From Vicinamibacterales bacterium (GTDB taxonomy: Bacteria > Acidobacteriota > Vicinamibacteria > Vicinamibacterales > 2-12-FULL-66-21), in contig DASSOM010000190.1 in assembly GCA_035700625.1 (NCBI GenBank), forward strand, positions 1 to 48,184: a stretch of DNA of 48,184 bases, given 5' to 3'. Every line of letters starts with the position of its first letter. The first letter of the stretch is position 1. Below the pieces are notes generated by a model that worked only from the letters and a program-made list of their open reading frames with translations, searched no databases and had not been told where the DNA came from. Made by a program: the position numbers and the translations under genes. This document shows, piece by piece, positions 26,652 to 37,599 of the stretch.

Positions 26652-27707
26652 ATGGCTGACGAATCTGCTCCAACGTCCGACGTGGATGTCCAGGCGTCCG
26701 GAATGCCTGCCGCGGGCCACGCGGCCGACGTGCTGTCGGACGTGCTTCAGTCAGTGCGCCTGACCGGCGCCGTCTATTTCGACTTCGACCTCAGCTCGCC
26801 GTGGGTGGCGGAGGCGCCGCCGTCGCACGAGATCGCCCGAATCGTCATGCCGGGCGCGCAGCGAGTGATCGAGTACCACCTGATCGCGCGCGGCGCGTGC
26901 TGGGGGCACGCCGTCGGCGATCCGCCGCTGCGGCTGGTCGAGGGAGACCTGATTCTGTTTCCGCAGGGAGACCCGCACGTCCTCTCCAGCGCGCCCGGAC
27001 TGCGGGGTGACGGGCCGGACCTATCGATATTCGTTCGCAAGTCCCAGGCGCTGCCGATCGTCTTCGAGCAGGGGGGCGGCGGGCCCGATCGTGCGCGGAT
27101 CGTGTGCTGCTTTCTGGGGCTCGACGAACGTCCGTTCAATCCGCTGCTGAAGGCGCTTCCGCGCACGATTCACCTGAACCGCGCCGGGTACGAGGCGGCT
27201 GGCGGGTGGATCGCGACGCTGCTGAACATCGCGGTGCGCGAATCAGGCTCGGCGCGCGCGGGGCGCGACAATATCCTGGCGCGCATGTCGGAGTTGATGT
27301 TCGTCGAGGCGATCCGCCGGTACATCGAGACGCTGCCGGCATCGCACACGGGATGGCTTGCCGGCCTGCGCGATCCGTTGGTCGGCCAGGCGCTCGCCGC
27401 GCTTCACGGCGAGCCCGCCGCGCCCTGGACGGTGGAGTCGCTGGCGCGAGCGGTTGGCGCGTCGCGGTCCGTGCTCGCGGACCGCTTCACGGAACTCGTC
27501 GGCGAACCGCCGATGCAGTATCTCGCGCTCTGGCGCATGCAGCTCGCGTCGCGGCGGCTGCTGGACGGAGACGGCGTCGCGGAGACGGCGGCCGCCGTCG
27601 GCTACGAGTCGCAGGCCGCGTTCAGCCGCGCGTTCAAGCGGCTCGTCGGCGAGGCGCCCGGCACCTGGCGCGCGAGCGCCACGCGCTCCTCGTCATCGGT
27701 ACGCTGA
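26652..27707 (+). CDS. AraC family transcriptional regulator with N-terminal cupin-type sensor domain
   Basis: Track ORF 26529..27707. Start moved to ATG 26652 (MADESAP), though it is uncertain. The cupin-like N-terminus is LTGAVYFDFDLSSPW...GDLILFPQGDPHVL. The C-terminal AraC HTH pair is LARAVGASRSVLADRFTELVGEPPMQYL...AAAVGYESQAAFSRAFKRLVG. Confidence 0.85.
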   Translation: MADESAPTSDVDVQASGMPAAGHAADVLSDVLQSVRLTGAVYFDFDLSSPWVAEAPPSHEIARIVMPGAQRVIEYHLIARGACWGHAVGDPPLRLVEGDLILFPQGDPHVLSSAPGLRGDGPDLSIFVRKSQALPIVFEQGGGGPDRARIVCCFLGLDERPFNPLLKALPRTIHLNRAGYEAAGGWIATLLNIAVRESGSARAGRDNILARMSELMFVEAIRRYIETLPASHTGWLAGLRDPLVGQALAALHGEPAAPWTVESLARAVGASRSVLADRFTELVGEPPMQYLALWRMQLASRRLLDGDGVAETAAAVGYESQAAFSRAFKRLVGEAPGTWRASATRSSSSVR

Positions 27708-27943
27708 GGCGCGGCCGAGCCTGACGGCTCCGCTCCTCGCGCGTCGCCCGGCTGCCGCGCCTGCGCGAAGTGCACCTCGATGCTCTGCCGGGCGTGACGC
27801 TGCACGGCACGCGCGTGTTCCCGCCGCACGTCCGCGTGAAGTACTCGACGTGAGGCCGAGGCGGGTCTGACCGCCTCCGCCGAGGCTACGGTGATCCGCC
27901 GAAGCGCGCGCGCGAAGGCGGAAGACCCGCCCTACGTACGTCG

Positions 27944-27978
27944 CCTCCGACCTCCAACTTCCAACATCCAACACCGTT
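27944..27978. repeat. Short heptad tract (CNTCCAA)x4-5 in the cstA leader
   Basis: Reads cctccga cctccaa cttccaa catccaa caccgtt, with an exact 7-nt period. It ends 39 nt upstream of the cstA ATG. Confidence 0.8.
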
Positions 27979-28016
27979 GCTGCTAAGATCGGTTCCGGCC
28001 CATTAGACGAGCCCCG

Positions 28017-29783
28017 ATGAACATCCTGATCCCACTCGGCGTCGCGGCGATCCTCTTCCTGGTGGCGTTCCGGTACTATCCTCCGTACATCGCGCGCGTG
28101 TTCAAGGAGGACGACCGGAATCCGCCGCCATCGCAGCGGTACGCCGACGGCCGCGATTACGTGAAGAGCCGATCGCACGTCGTCTTCGCGCAGCACTTCG
28201 CGACGATTGCCGGAGCAGGCCCGATCGTCGGGCCGACGCTGGCGCTGGCGTTCGGATGGCAGCCCGTGTGGCTGTGGGTCGTGTTCGGCGGCATCTTCTT
28301 CGGCGCCGTGCACGACATGTCGTCGATGTTCGCAAGCGTGCGCGAAGGGGGGCGGACGATCGGCGAGATCGCGCGGCGCGCGCTCGGGCCCGTCGGCTAC
28401 GTGCTCACGCTCGTCGTCTTCATCTTCGTCCTGACGATCGTCAACGCCATCTTCCTCAACCTGTCCGTCGTCGCGCTGACATCGCTGTATCCGCTCGACG
28501 CGCTGGATCTGCCGTCGACGCAGACGCTGCTCGGCACGGTCGTCGACGGCGGCGTGGTCAAGGCGCACATCGGCGGCATCGCGACCACGTCGGTCTTCAT
28601 CATCACGGGGTTCGCGCCGATGCTGGGATGGCTGATCCGCCGCGATCGCATCTCGACGCGGCTGGCCTACGTCGTGGCGTTCGCGATCGCCGTCGCGAGC
28701 GTGGTGCTCGGTTTCCTCTGGCCGGTCACCATTTCGGGCGGCGCCTGGCGCTACATCATGACGGGGTACATCCTGCTCGCATGTGCGCTGCCCGTCTGGC
28801 TGATTCTGCAGCCGCGCGACTTCACCAACGTGCAGATCCTCTACGGCGGAATCGCGCTGCTGTTCGTTTCGGCGTTGATTGCCGGCTTCTCGGGCGTGCA
28901 TCTCTCCGCGCCGTCCATAGATCTCGCCGCGGGCGAGGAGGCCGCGAAAGGAGCGGTGTGGCCGATCCTCTTCATCACCGTGGCGTGCGGCGCGATTAGC
29001 GGCTTTCACAGCCTCGTCTCGAGCGGCACGACCGTGAAGCAGATTCCGCGCGAGAGCGACTGCCGCCGGATCGGCTACGGCGCCATGCTCGTCGAAAGCT
29101 TTCTGGCGCTGCTGGTGCTGATGGCCGTCGCGTCGATGATGCCGCAGCAGGAGTACTTGCGGCTGGTGTATCCGACGGGCAGCACCGCGTCCAACCCGGT
29201 GCTCGCCTTCGCGCTGAGCGGCGGCCGCCTCATGCACCTGGCGCTGCCGTTCGTGCCCGTTGCGATTGCGACGGTGTTCGGCATCCTCATGATCGAAGGA
29301 TTCGTCGTCACCACACTCGACACCTCGGTGCGGCTCTGCCGGTACCTCTTCGACGAATTCTGGGTGTTCGCGTTTGCCGGCCATCCGCCGGCGCTGATGC
29401 GCAACCCGGTGTTCGACACCGTGCTGGCCGTCGGACTGATGCTGTTCTTCGCGCTCAGCTCGACCGTTCGGCAGATGTGGCCGGTCTTTGGCGCGGGCAA
29501 CCAGTTGATAGGCGCGCTGGCCCTGACGACGGTGAGCGTCTGGCTCATCCAGCGCGGCCGCCGCTACCGGTTTGCCCTCGTCCCCGCGATTTTCATGGTC
29601 GCGACGACGCTCGCGGCGCTCTGGCTGCTGGTACGATCCAATCTGGCCAGCGGCAACGGCATCCTCGCGCTGACAGCGGGCAGCCTGATGTTCCTCAGCA
29701 TCGGCGTCGTCATCGTCGGGGTTGCGCGGTTCGCACAGGCGTTGCAGTCGCCGGCGAAGCCGATGGAAGTGGCCACGCCGTAG
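28017..29783 (+). CDS. cstA: Carbon starvation protein A (peptide/pyruvate transporter family)
   Basis: 588-aa polytopic ORF. The conserved CstA N-terminal block is VVFAQHFATIAGAGPIVGPTLALAFGWQP...GAVHDMSSMF. Confidence 0.9.
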   Translation: MNILIPLGVAAILFLVAFRYYPPYIARVFKEDDRNPPPSQRYADGRDYVKSRSHVVFAQHFATIAGAGPIVGPTLALAFGWQPVWLWVVFGGIFFGAVHDMSSMFASVREGGRTIGEIARRALGPVGYVLTLVVFIFVLTIVNAIFLNLSVVALTSLYPLDALDLPSTQTLLGTVVDGGVVKAHIGGIATTSVFIITGFAPMLGWLIRRDRISTRLAYVVAFAIAVASVVLGFLWPVTISGGAWRYIMTGYILLACALPVWLILQPRDFTNVQILYGGIALLFVSALIAGFSGVHLSAPSIDLAAGEEAAKGAVWPILFITVACGAISGFHSLVSSGTTVKQIPRESDCRRIGYGAMLVESFLALLVLMAVASMMPQQEYLRLVYPTGSTASNPVLAFALSGGRLMHLALPFVPVAIATVFGILMIEGFVVTTLDTSVRLCRYLFDEFWVFAFAGHPPALMRNPVFDTVLAVGLMLFFALSSTVRQMWPVFGAGNQLIGALALTTVSVWLIQRGRRYRFALVPAIFMVATTLAALWLLVRSNLASGNGILALTAGSLMFLSIGVVIVGVARFAQALQSPAKPMEVATP

Positions 29784-29813
29784 CCGTCGCTTTAATCGGA
29801 AGGCTTTATATAA

Positions 29814-30719
29814 ATGACGACCACACACAGCGTCGCTTCATTCGCCGCGCTCGTTTCCATCTCCCTGATCGCGGCGCCGGCCGCGGCGCAGAAGATCCGC
29901 GTGACGACCGAGTCGGTCCCTGTCTATGTGACGGTGACGGATACGCAGAAGCGTCTCGTCCCCGGCCTGACGCGGGAGGACTTCCAAATCTTCGACAACG
30001 GAAAGCCCCAGGAGATTACGGTCTTCGAGAACCGGTCGACGCCGATCACGGCGGTCGTCATGCTCGACACCAGCGGCAGCATGACGATGAACCTGGACCT
30101 GGTGAAGCAGGCGGCCGAGCAGTTTCTGATTCGCCTGCTTCCGGAAGACCAGGCGCGCGTCGGCGCGTTCAACGACAAGATCGAGTTCCATCCGGACTCG
30201 GCGTTCACGAGCGACCGTGACGAGCTCGTGCAGTCGCTGCGCGAACTCGACTTCGGCTATCCGACCCGGCTCTACGACGCGATCGATCAGAGCATCGACA
30301 AGCTCGAGCTGATCGACGGACGCAAAGTCGTCGTCGTCTTCACGGACGGTGAAGACACCGCGAGCCAGTCAGGGCTGGGGGACGTGATGGACCGCGCGCG
30401 CCAGACGGAGACGATGGTGTACGCGATCGGGCTCGAGAGCAACTACTTCAACGGCCAGCAGCACGTCCGCACGCGTCCCGACCGCGGTCTGAAGAAGCTC
30501 GCCGAGGAAACCGGCGGCGGGTATTTCGAGCTGAAGAAGTCCGACGAACTGAACGAGACGTTCACGCGCGTCGCCGAAGAGCTGCACAGTCAGTACGTCC
30601 TCGGCTTCACCCCGCAGCAGCAGGACGGCAAGGTACACAAGCTCGAAGTTCGCGTGAAGCAGCCGGGAACGACGGCGCGCGCGCGAAAGAGCTACATCGC
30701 CGCGCGTCCGTCCGAGTAG
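29814..30719 (+). CDS. Secreted VWA-domain protein (acidobacterial VWFA-related type)
   Basis: 301-aa ORF with a signal peptide. The N-terminal module is VPVYVTVTDTQKRLVPGLTREDFQIFDNGKPQEI. The MIDAS-like motif is VMLDTSGSM. The C-terminus is HSQYVLGFTP...HKLEVRVK. I know this layout from the Acidobacteria-specific VWFA family. Confidence 0.85.
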   Translation: MTTTHSVASFAALVSISLIAAPAAAQKIRVTTESVPVYVTVTDTQKRLVPGLTREDFQIFDNGKPQEITVFENRSTPITAVVMLDTSGSMTMNLDLVKQAAEQFLIRLLPEDQARVGAFNDKIEFHPDSAFTSDRDELVQSLRELDFGYPTRLYDAIDQSIDKLELIDGRKVVVVFTDGEDTASQSGLGDVMDRARQTETMVYAIGLESNYFNGQQHVRTRPDRGLKKLAEETGGGYFELKKSDELNETFTRVAEELHSQYVLGFTPQQQDGKVHKLEVRVKQPGTTARARKSYIAARPSE

Positions 30720-30759
30720 CAGCCGGGGGACCGGCCGTGTGATGGGTGGGGCGTGCCTG

Positions 30760-30855
30760 CTAAACGCGGCCGACGAACGCGACGAGAATCACCGCCGCCG
30801 CGAGCAGGATGGCCACGAGCGCATCCGCGTTGCTGGAGAAATTCCATTCCCGCAT
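30760..30855 (-). CDS. Possible 31-aa single-TM micropeptide (not in the ORF track)
   Basis: My translation is MREWNFSSNADALVAILLAAAVILVAFVGRV followed by TAG. GGGAG lies about 9 nt upstream of the ATG. There is no other support. Confidence 0.3.
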   Translation of the reverse strand: MREWNFSSNADALVAILLAAAVILVAFVGRV

Positions 30856-30915
30856 GGTCGTTCACTCCCTTTCCAATGCTTAGACGAACGCCGGTGGCGT
30901 TCGGTTTAGTCGGAC

Positions 30916-31081
<166 letters not shown>

Positions 31082-31093
31082 AATGTTGACCCT

Positions 31094-32791
31094 ATGTCAC
31101 GCCTCCCCCCTCTCCTCACCGCGATGGTTCTGATGACCGCTCCCCAACACCCCGGCGACCGCCCCGCTCCGAACGCACACTCCACCCGTTCCGTCGTGAT
31201 GGCCCGTCACGGCGCGATTGCGACGAGCCAGCCGCTGGCCACCGCCGCGGGCCTTCACGTGCTGCAGTCCGGCGGCAATGCGATCGACGCCGCGGTGACC
31301 GCGGCCGCCGTCCTCTCGGTCGTCGAACCAACGATGAACGGGATCGGCGGCGACCTCTTCGCGATCGTCTACGACGCGAAGACGAAGACCACCCACGGGC
31401 TCAATGCGAGCGGACGTGCGCCGCGCGCGGCCACGCCCGAGGAGTTCGCGCGGCGCGGGCTGAAGGACATTCCCTATCGCGGACCGCTGTCGGTCACGGT
31501 GCCCGGCGTGATCGACGGCTGGAACGAGCTGCTGACGAAGTACGGCACGCGTCCGCTCGCGAAGGCGCTGGAGCCGGCGATCGGCTACGCGCGCGACGGG
31601 TTTGCGGTCAGCGAAATCATCGACTGGCAGTGGAAGGAGGCGGCGGGCGTGCTCGCGCGCGACCCCGCGGCCGCGAAGGTGTTCCTGCCGAACGGCGCGG
31701 CGCCCGAGCCCGGAGACGTCTTCCGCAATCCGGCGCTCGCCGCATCGCTCGAAACGATCGCGCGCGACGGGCGCGACGCGTTCTACAAGGGATCCATCGC
31801 CCGCGCGATTGCCGCGGACATGCAGAAGCGCGGCGGCCTGATCACCGAGGCGGACCTCGCCGCGCACCACGCCGACTGGGTGGATCCGCTGTCGACCGAC
31901 TATCGCGGCTACCAGGTCCTCGAGCTGCCGCCGAATACGCAGGGGATCGCGGCCCTCGAGATGCTGAACATTCTCGAAGGCTACGACGTGAAGGCGCTGG
32001 GGCACAACACGGCGCCCTACCTGCATCTGCTCGTCGAGGCCAAGCGCATCGCCTACGCGGATCGCGACGCGTGGATCGGCGCCCCCGAGACAACGCCGTC
32101 AGCCGCGGTGCAGATCATGCTCTCGAAGGATTACGCGGCCCAGCGCCGGAAGGACATCGATCCGGACCACGCCGCGCGCGAAGTGGTGCCGCTGGCGCTG
32201 GCCGGCACGGCGACGCCGCCGCGCGGCGCGCACCCGATGGCGATGGGAGACACCGTCTATCTGACCGCCGCCGACGATCAGGGCAACGTGGTCTCGCTGA
32301 TCCAGTCGCTCTACGAAGTGTTCGGCGCCGGCATCGTGGCCGGCGACACGGGCATTACGCTGCAGAACCGCGGCAGCCTGTTCACGCTGGAGGAGCACCA
32401 CCCGAACCGCATCGCGCCCGGCAAGCGTCCGTTCCACACGCTGATTCCCGCGATGGTGCTGAAAGACGGCCGCCCCTGGCTCTCGTTCGGCGTCATGGGC
32501 GGCGACATGCAGGCGCAGGCGCACGTGCAGGTGCTGCTCAACCTGATCGACTTCGGCATGAACGTGCAGGAAGCGGGCGAGGCGGCGCGTTTCCGTCACA
32601 TGGCGGGGGGCGTCGCGCTCGAATCCGCGATCGACAGCGACGCGCGATTCGGCCTGAGCGCGCGCGGCCATCGCCTGCTCGACGCGCCCGGCGCGTTCGG
32701 CGGATTCCAGGGCATCCTCATCGATCCGCGCACCGGCGTCCTCCTGGCCGGTTCGGATCCGAGGAAGGACGGCATGGCGGCGGGATACTGA
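31094..32791 (+). CDS. ggt: Gamma-glutamyltransferase
   Basis: 565-aa ORF with HGAIATSQPLATAAGLHVLQSGGNAIDAAV, EPTMNGIGGDLF, the autoprocessing-site context GDTVYLTAADDQGN, and GGDMQAQAHVQVL. Confidence 0.92.
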   Translation: MSRLPPLLTAMVLMTAPQHPGDRPAPNAHSTRSVVMARHGAIATSQPLATAAGLHVLQSGGNAIDAAVTAAAVLSVVEPTMNGIGGDLFAIVYDAKTKTTHGLNASGRAPRAATPEEFARRGLKDIPYRGPLSVTVPGVIDGWNELLTKYGTRPLAKALEPAIGYARDGFAVSEIIDWQWKEAAGVLARDPAAAKVFLPNGAAPEPGDVFRNPALAASLETIARDGRDAFYKGSIARAIAADMQKRGGLITEADLAAHHADWVDPLSTDYRGYQVLELPPNTQGIAALEMLNILEGYDVKALGHNTAPYLHLLVEAKRIAYADRDAWIGAPETTPSAAVQIMLSKDYAAQRRKDIDPDHAAREVVPLALAGTATPPRGAHPMAMGDTVYLTAADDQGNVVSLIQSLYEVFGAGIVAGDTGITLQNRGSLFTLEEHHPNRIAPGKRPFHTLIPAMVLKDGRPWLSFGVMGGDMQAQAHVQVLLNLIDFGMNVQEAGEAARFRHMAGGVALESAIDSDARFGLSARGHRLLDAPGAFGGFQGILIDPRTGVLLAGSDPRKDGMAAGY

Positions 32792-32800
32792 CGCGCCGGC

Positions 32801-34390
32801 CTAGACGATCTCGAACGCCTCGATTTCGCCGTGGCGGCCGCGGAGCGACACCGCGCCCAGAGGGCGCGTCTCGACGGGGCGCGCGAGCCGCTCGAGCGTC
32901 GCGCGCGAGATGACGATCTGACCGGGGCGCGCGACAGACGACTCCAGCCGTGAGGCGATGTTCACCACGTCGCCGAGGACGGTGAACTCGCGGCGGCGCG
33001 GCGACCCGATGTCGCCGGTCAGCGCGCGCCCGCTGTTGATCGCGATCCGGACTTCGAGCGGACGCGGCTGGCTGCGGTTCATCTCCGCGAGCGAGCGGCG
33101 CATGGCGACCGCCGCCTGCACGGCGCGGTCGGCGTGATCCCGCTGGGCGAACGGCGCCCCGAAGACGGCCAGGATCGCGTCGCCGATGAACTTGTCGAGC
33201 GTGCCCTCCAGCTCGAAGATCTCGTCCGCCATGCGCGTGAAGTGCTGGTTCAGCAGCTGCGCGACGTCCACAGCGGACATCCCCTCGCACATCGTCGTGA
33301 ACGACACGAGGTCGCAGAACATCACCGTGACGTCGCGCTCCTGCGCGAGAAACGGCGCGTCGATCCCGGAACCTCCCTGCAGAATCCGGTTGACGACCCC
33401 CGGCGAGTGATAGCGCTGCAGCCGCTCGCGGCGTCGCGTCTCCTGCAGCAGCTGCTCCGACGTCCGCGCCTGTTCGATCGCCACCGCGGCGTAGTTGCAC
33501 AACGCGGTGAACACTTCCAGATCGTTCGGCACGAACTTCTTCGATCGCGGGTTGTCGGCGTAGAGCACGCCGATCACTTCGTTCCGGTTCCACAACGGCG
33601 CGCACACGAACGACCGGACGTTCAGCGCCTGGATGCTGCCGGCCGTGTCGAGGCGCGGATCGTACAGCGCGTCGGCGGCGAGCATCGCGACCCGCTCGCG
33701 CATGACGTGGTTGATCACCGTCCGGCTGAGCGTCGTCTGCTCCGGCGCCGACCCGTCGCGGTTGCGCAGCACGCGCGCCGTCAGCGCCTCGTGCGCCGAA
33801 TCGCGCAGCAGCAGGAACACGCGCTCCGCCGGCACGACGTCGAACACGAGATCGACGACGCGCGTCAGCACCTGCGTGAGCGGCTGGACGGTGACGAGCG
33901 TCTTGCCGATCTCCGTCAGCAGCCGGAGCAGGCGCGACTGCCGGCGCTCGCGGCCGCTGCGGCGATTCCGGCTCGCGAACGGCCGATCCGTCTTCCTCCG
34001 ATCCGACCCGCTGCGGCGCTCCTTCGCCGGGGACGCGGCCACGACGTCGCCGGTGGGTGCCTCGTCGGCGTCGCTGTCGATCTTGCGGACGAGCGTCCCC
34101 GAGTCCTCGAGGAGCTGATGCTCCTCCGAGAGCAGCGTCCCGGCGTCGAGCCGCTGCTCGAGCGCGAGCGTGATCTGGCCGCACTGGATGACGTCCCCCG
34201 CCGTCAGCGCAACGTCCCGCGCCACCGGCTGGCCATTGAGAAGGGTTCCGTAGCGGCTGCCCGCGTCCGAGAGCACGCAGCGGCCGTCCGCAAGCGACAG
34301 CCTCGCGTGCTGGCGCGAGATGCCGGGCGCGTTCAGGACGATGTCGCAGGACGGGGCGCGGCCGATGAGCGTGGTGCCCGGCGCGAGCAC
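32801..34390 (-). CDS. FHA - GAF - class III adenylate/guanylate cyclase
   Basis: 529-aa ORF from GTG 34390. The FHA domain is TLIGRAPSCDIVLNAPGISRQHARL...GSRYGTLLNGQPV. The GAF region includes VFLLLRD...SFVCAPLWNRNEVIGVLYADN. The cyclase domain is VTVMFCDLVSFT...DKFIGDAILAVFGAP...INSGRALTGDIGS...FTVLGDVVNIASRLES. The true 5' end is uncertain: FHA-like sequence continues for 17 codons upstream, right up to the kinase stop codon (see findings). Confidence 0.88.
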   Translation of the reverse strand: MLAPGTTLIGRAPSCDIVLNAPGISRQHARLSLADGRCVLSDAGSRYGTLLNGQPVARDVALTAGDVIQCGQITLALEQRLDAGTLLSEEHQLLEDSGTLVRKIDSDADEAPTGDVVAASPAKERRSGSDRRKTDRPFASRNRRSGRERRQSRLLRLLTEIGKTLVTVQPLTQVLTRVVDLVFDVVPAERVFLLLRDSAHEALTARVLRNRDGSAPEQTTLSRTVINHVMRERVAMLAADALYDPRLDTAGSIQALNVRSFVCAPLWNRNEVIGVLYADNPRSKKFVPNDLEVFTALCNYAAVAIEQARTSEQLLQETRRRERLQRYHSPGVVNRILQGGSGIDAPFLAQERDVTVMFCDLVSFTTMCEGMSAVDVAQLLNQHFTRMADEIFELEGTLDKFIGDAILAVFGAPFAQRDHADRAVQAAVAMRRSLAEMNRSQPRPLEVRIAINSGRALTGDIGSPRRREFTVLGDVVNIASRLESSVARPGQIVISRATLERLARPVETRPLGAVSLRGRHGEIEAFEIV

Positions 34391-34441
34391 GACACGGCGC
34401 GCCAGACCGGTGAAGTCGGTGAAGGTCAGAAGGTACAGAGC

Positions 34442-36103
<1,662 letters not shown>

Positions 36104-36148
36104 TTCGGGAATCCGGATGGACGCGACAGTATAGCAGTCACACGAACC

Positions 36149-37129
36149 ATGCCCCTGCTGCTCCGTGAAACCGATGTCCGCGCCGTGCTGCCGATGACCG
36201 ATCTCATCGCGGAGATGGAAGTCGCGCTCGCGCAGTTCTCTGCCGGGGCCGTGCAGCAGCCGCTGCGCACCGTGCTGGAAGTCGGCAGCGAACACGCGTT
36301 CTTCGGCGTGATGCCGGCGGCGTTGCGCGATCCCGACGCGGTCGGGACGAAGCTGGTCACGGTCTTTCACTCGAACGCGAGCCGCGGGCTGCCGTCGCAC
36401 CTGGCGACGATCGTGCTGTTCGATCCGCACACGGGTGCGCTCGTCGCCATCCTCGACGGCCGCTACATCACGGAAGCGCGGACGGCCGCGGTGTCGGCGG
36501 TCTCGACGAAGCATCTCGCGCGCGAAGGCGCGCGGTCGCTGGCGATTCTCGGATCCGGCGTCCAGGCGCGCAGCCATCTGGAAGCGCTCGGCTGCGTGCG
36601 CACGTTCGAGGAGGTGCGCGTGTGGAGCCCGACGCGCGCGCACGCGGACGCCTTCGCCCGCGATCATCAGGCGGGAACGCCCGCGCGCATCAGCGTCGCG
36701 GCGTCACCCGAAGCCGCGGTCGCGGGCGCGGACGTCGTCGCGCTCGTAACGGCGTCGCGCGAACCGGTGGTGCGTGACGAATGGATCGCGCCGGGCGCCC
36801 ACATCTGCGCGGTGGGAGCGTGCCGTCCGGATCAGCGCGAGGTGGACACCGCGCTCGCCGTCCGCGCGCGCGTGTTCGTCGATTCGCGCGTCGCCGCGCT
36901 GGCGGAAGCGGGGGACCTCGTCATCCCCATGAAGGAGGGAGCCATCGGCCCCTCACATATCGTCGGCGAGCTCGGCGACGTCGTCGCAGGCCGGGTTCAG
37001 GGACGCCTGGGCGATACCGACGTGACGATGTTCGAGTCGCTGGGGATGGCGGTGGAGGATGTGTCGGCCGCGCGCCTTGCCTGGGAACGGGCGCTGGAGC
37101 GCGGCCTGGGGACCAAGATCACGCTGTAG
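36149..37129 (+). CDS. Ornithine cyclodeaminase / mu-crystallin family protein
   Basis: Only the last 326 codons of track ORF 35624..37129 are real. The start is ATG 36149 (MPLLLRETDVRAVLPM). Family blocks are GVMPAAL...GTKLVTVF, ITEARTAAVSAVSTKHLAR, LAILGSGVQA and HICAVGA. Confidence 0.88.
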   Translation: MPLLLRETDVRAVLPMTDLIAEMEVALAQFSAGAVQQPLRTVLEVGSEHAFFGVMPAALRDPDAVGTKLVTVFHSNASRGLPSHLATIVLFDPHTGALVAILDGRYITEARTAAVSAVSTKHLAREGARSLAILGSGVQARSHLEALGCVRTFEEVRVWSPTRAHADAFARDHQAGTPARISVAASPEAAVAGADVVALVTASREPVVRDEWIAPGAHICAVGACRPDQREVDTALAVRARVFVDSRVAALAEAGDLVIPMKEGAIGPSHIVGELGDVVAGRVQGRLGDTDVTMFESLGMAVEDVSAARLAWERALERGLGTKITL

Positions 37130-37148
37130 CGCAGACCTTCAGGCCTGC

Positions 37149-37469
37149 CTACTTCGCGGCCTTCTTCCGCTCCGCCCAGCGCTTCTTCATCATGTCGGAG
37201 ATGCGCTTGCGGGCTTCAGGTGACATTCGCCGGCGGCGACGGCGCGTGCCCGCGGCCGGCCCGCCCTGATCGGATGCCGCGTCCGTCGCGGCGCCACGTC
37301 CGCGCGCGCCGATGGACGCGCGCAGCTTGCTCGCCTGCGCGGTCAGTGTGGCCAGGCGCTGCTTCGTCTCGGCGATCTCGCGCTCCAGTCCGCCGAGCGC
37401 CCATCCGATCACTTCGGCGGATTTCACCAACATGTCGCTTCTGTTCTTACGTGGTCGCCCACGGGGCAT
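37149..37469 (-). CDS. Small basic coiled-coil protein with an N-terminal AT-hook-like RGRP motif (106 aa)
   Basis: Track ORF 37149..37556. Start moved to ATG 37469, which has GAGGAGG about 5 nt upstream. The sequence is MPRGRPRKNRSDMLVKSAEVIGWALGGLEREIAETKQRLATLTAQASKLRA...RRRRRRMSPEARKRISDMMKKRWAERKKAAK. Confidence 0.65.
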   Translation of the reverse strand: MPRGRPRKNRSDMLVKSAEVIGWALGGLEREIAETKQRLATLTAQASKLRASIGARGRGAATDAASDQGGPAAGTRRRRRRMSPEARKRISDMMKKRWAERKKAAK

Positions 37470-37599
37470 GCAATCCTCCTCTGCGGGTCGCGTGACCCGT
37501 CCAACCGTCGGGCCGGCCGCTCCGCCGATCCGGCGAAGACCAAAGGGGCCGCCCAACCTTCCCCAGCGTCGCAGCGCTGACCGGCTATCATAGTCCGAA

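Noticed and set aside
27693-29828. A 711-aa minus-strand ORF covering cstA, plus similar cases at 11609..13189, 13445..15103, 15142..16935, 18832..20454, 21817..23211, 24223..25746, 31097..32026, 32718..35396, 33134..34816, 37588..38967, 40728..41657, 41935..42987 and 43137..45032.
   Set aside because: Each lies antisense to, or out of frame with, a gene that has clear family signatures. Their products are dominated by R, A, G, P, D and H runs. I treat them as GC-driven open frames.
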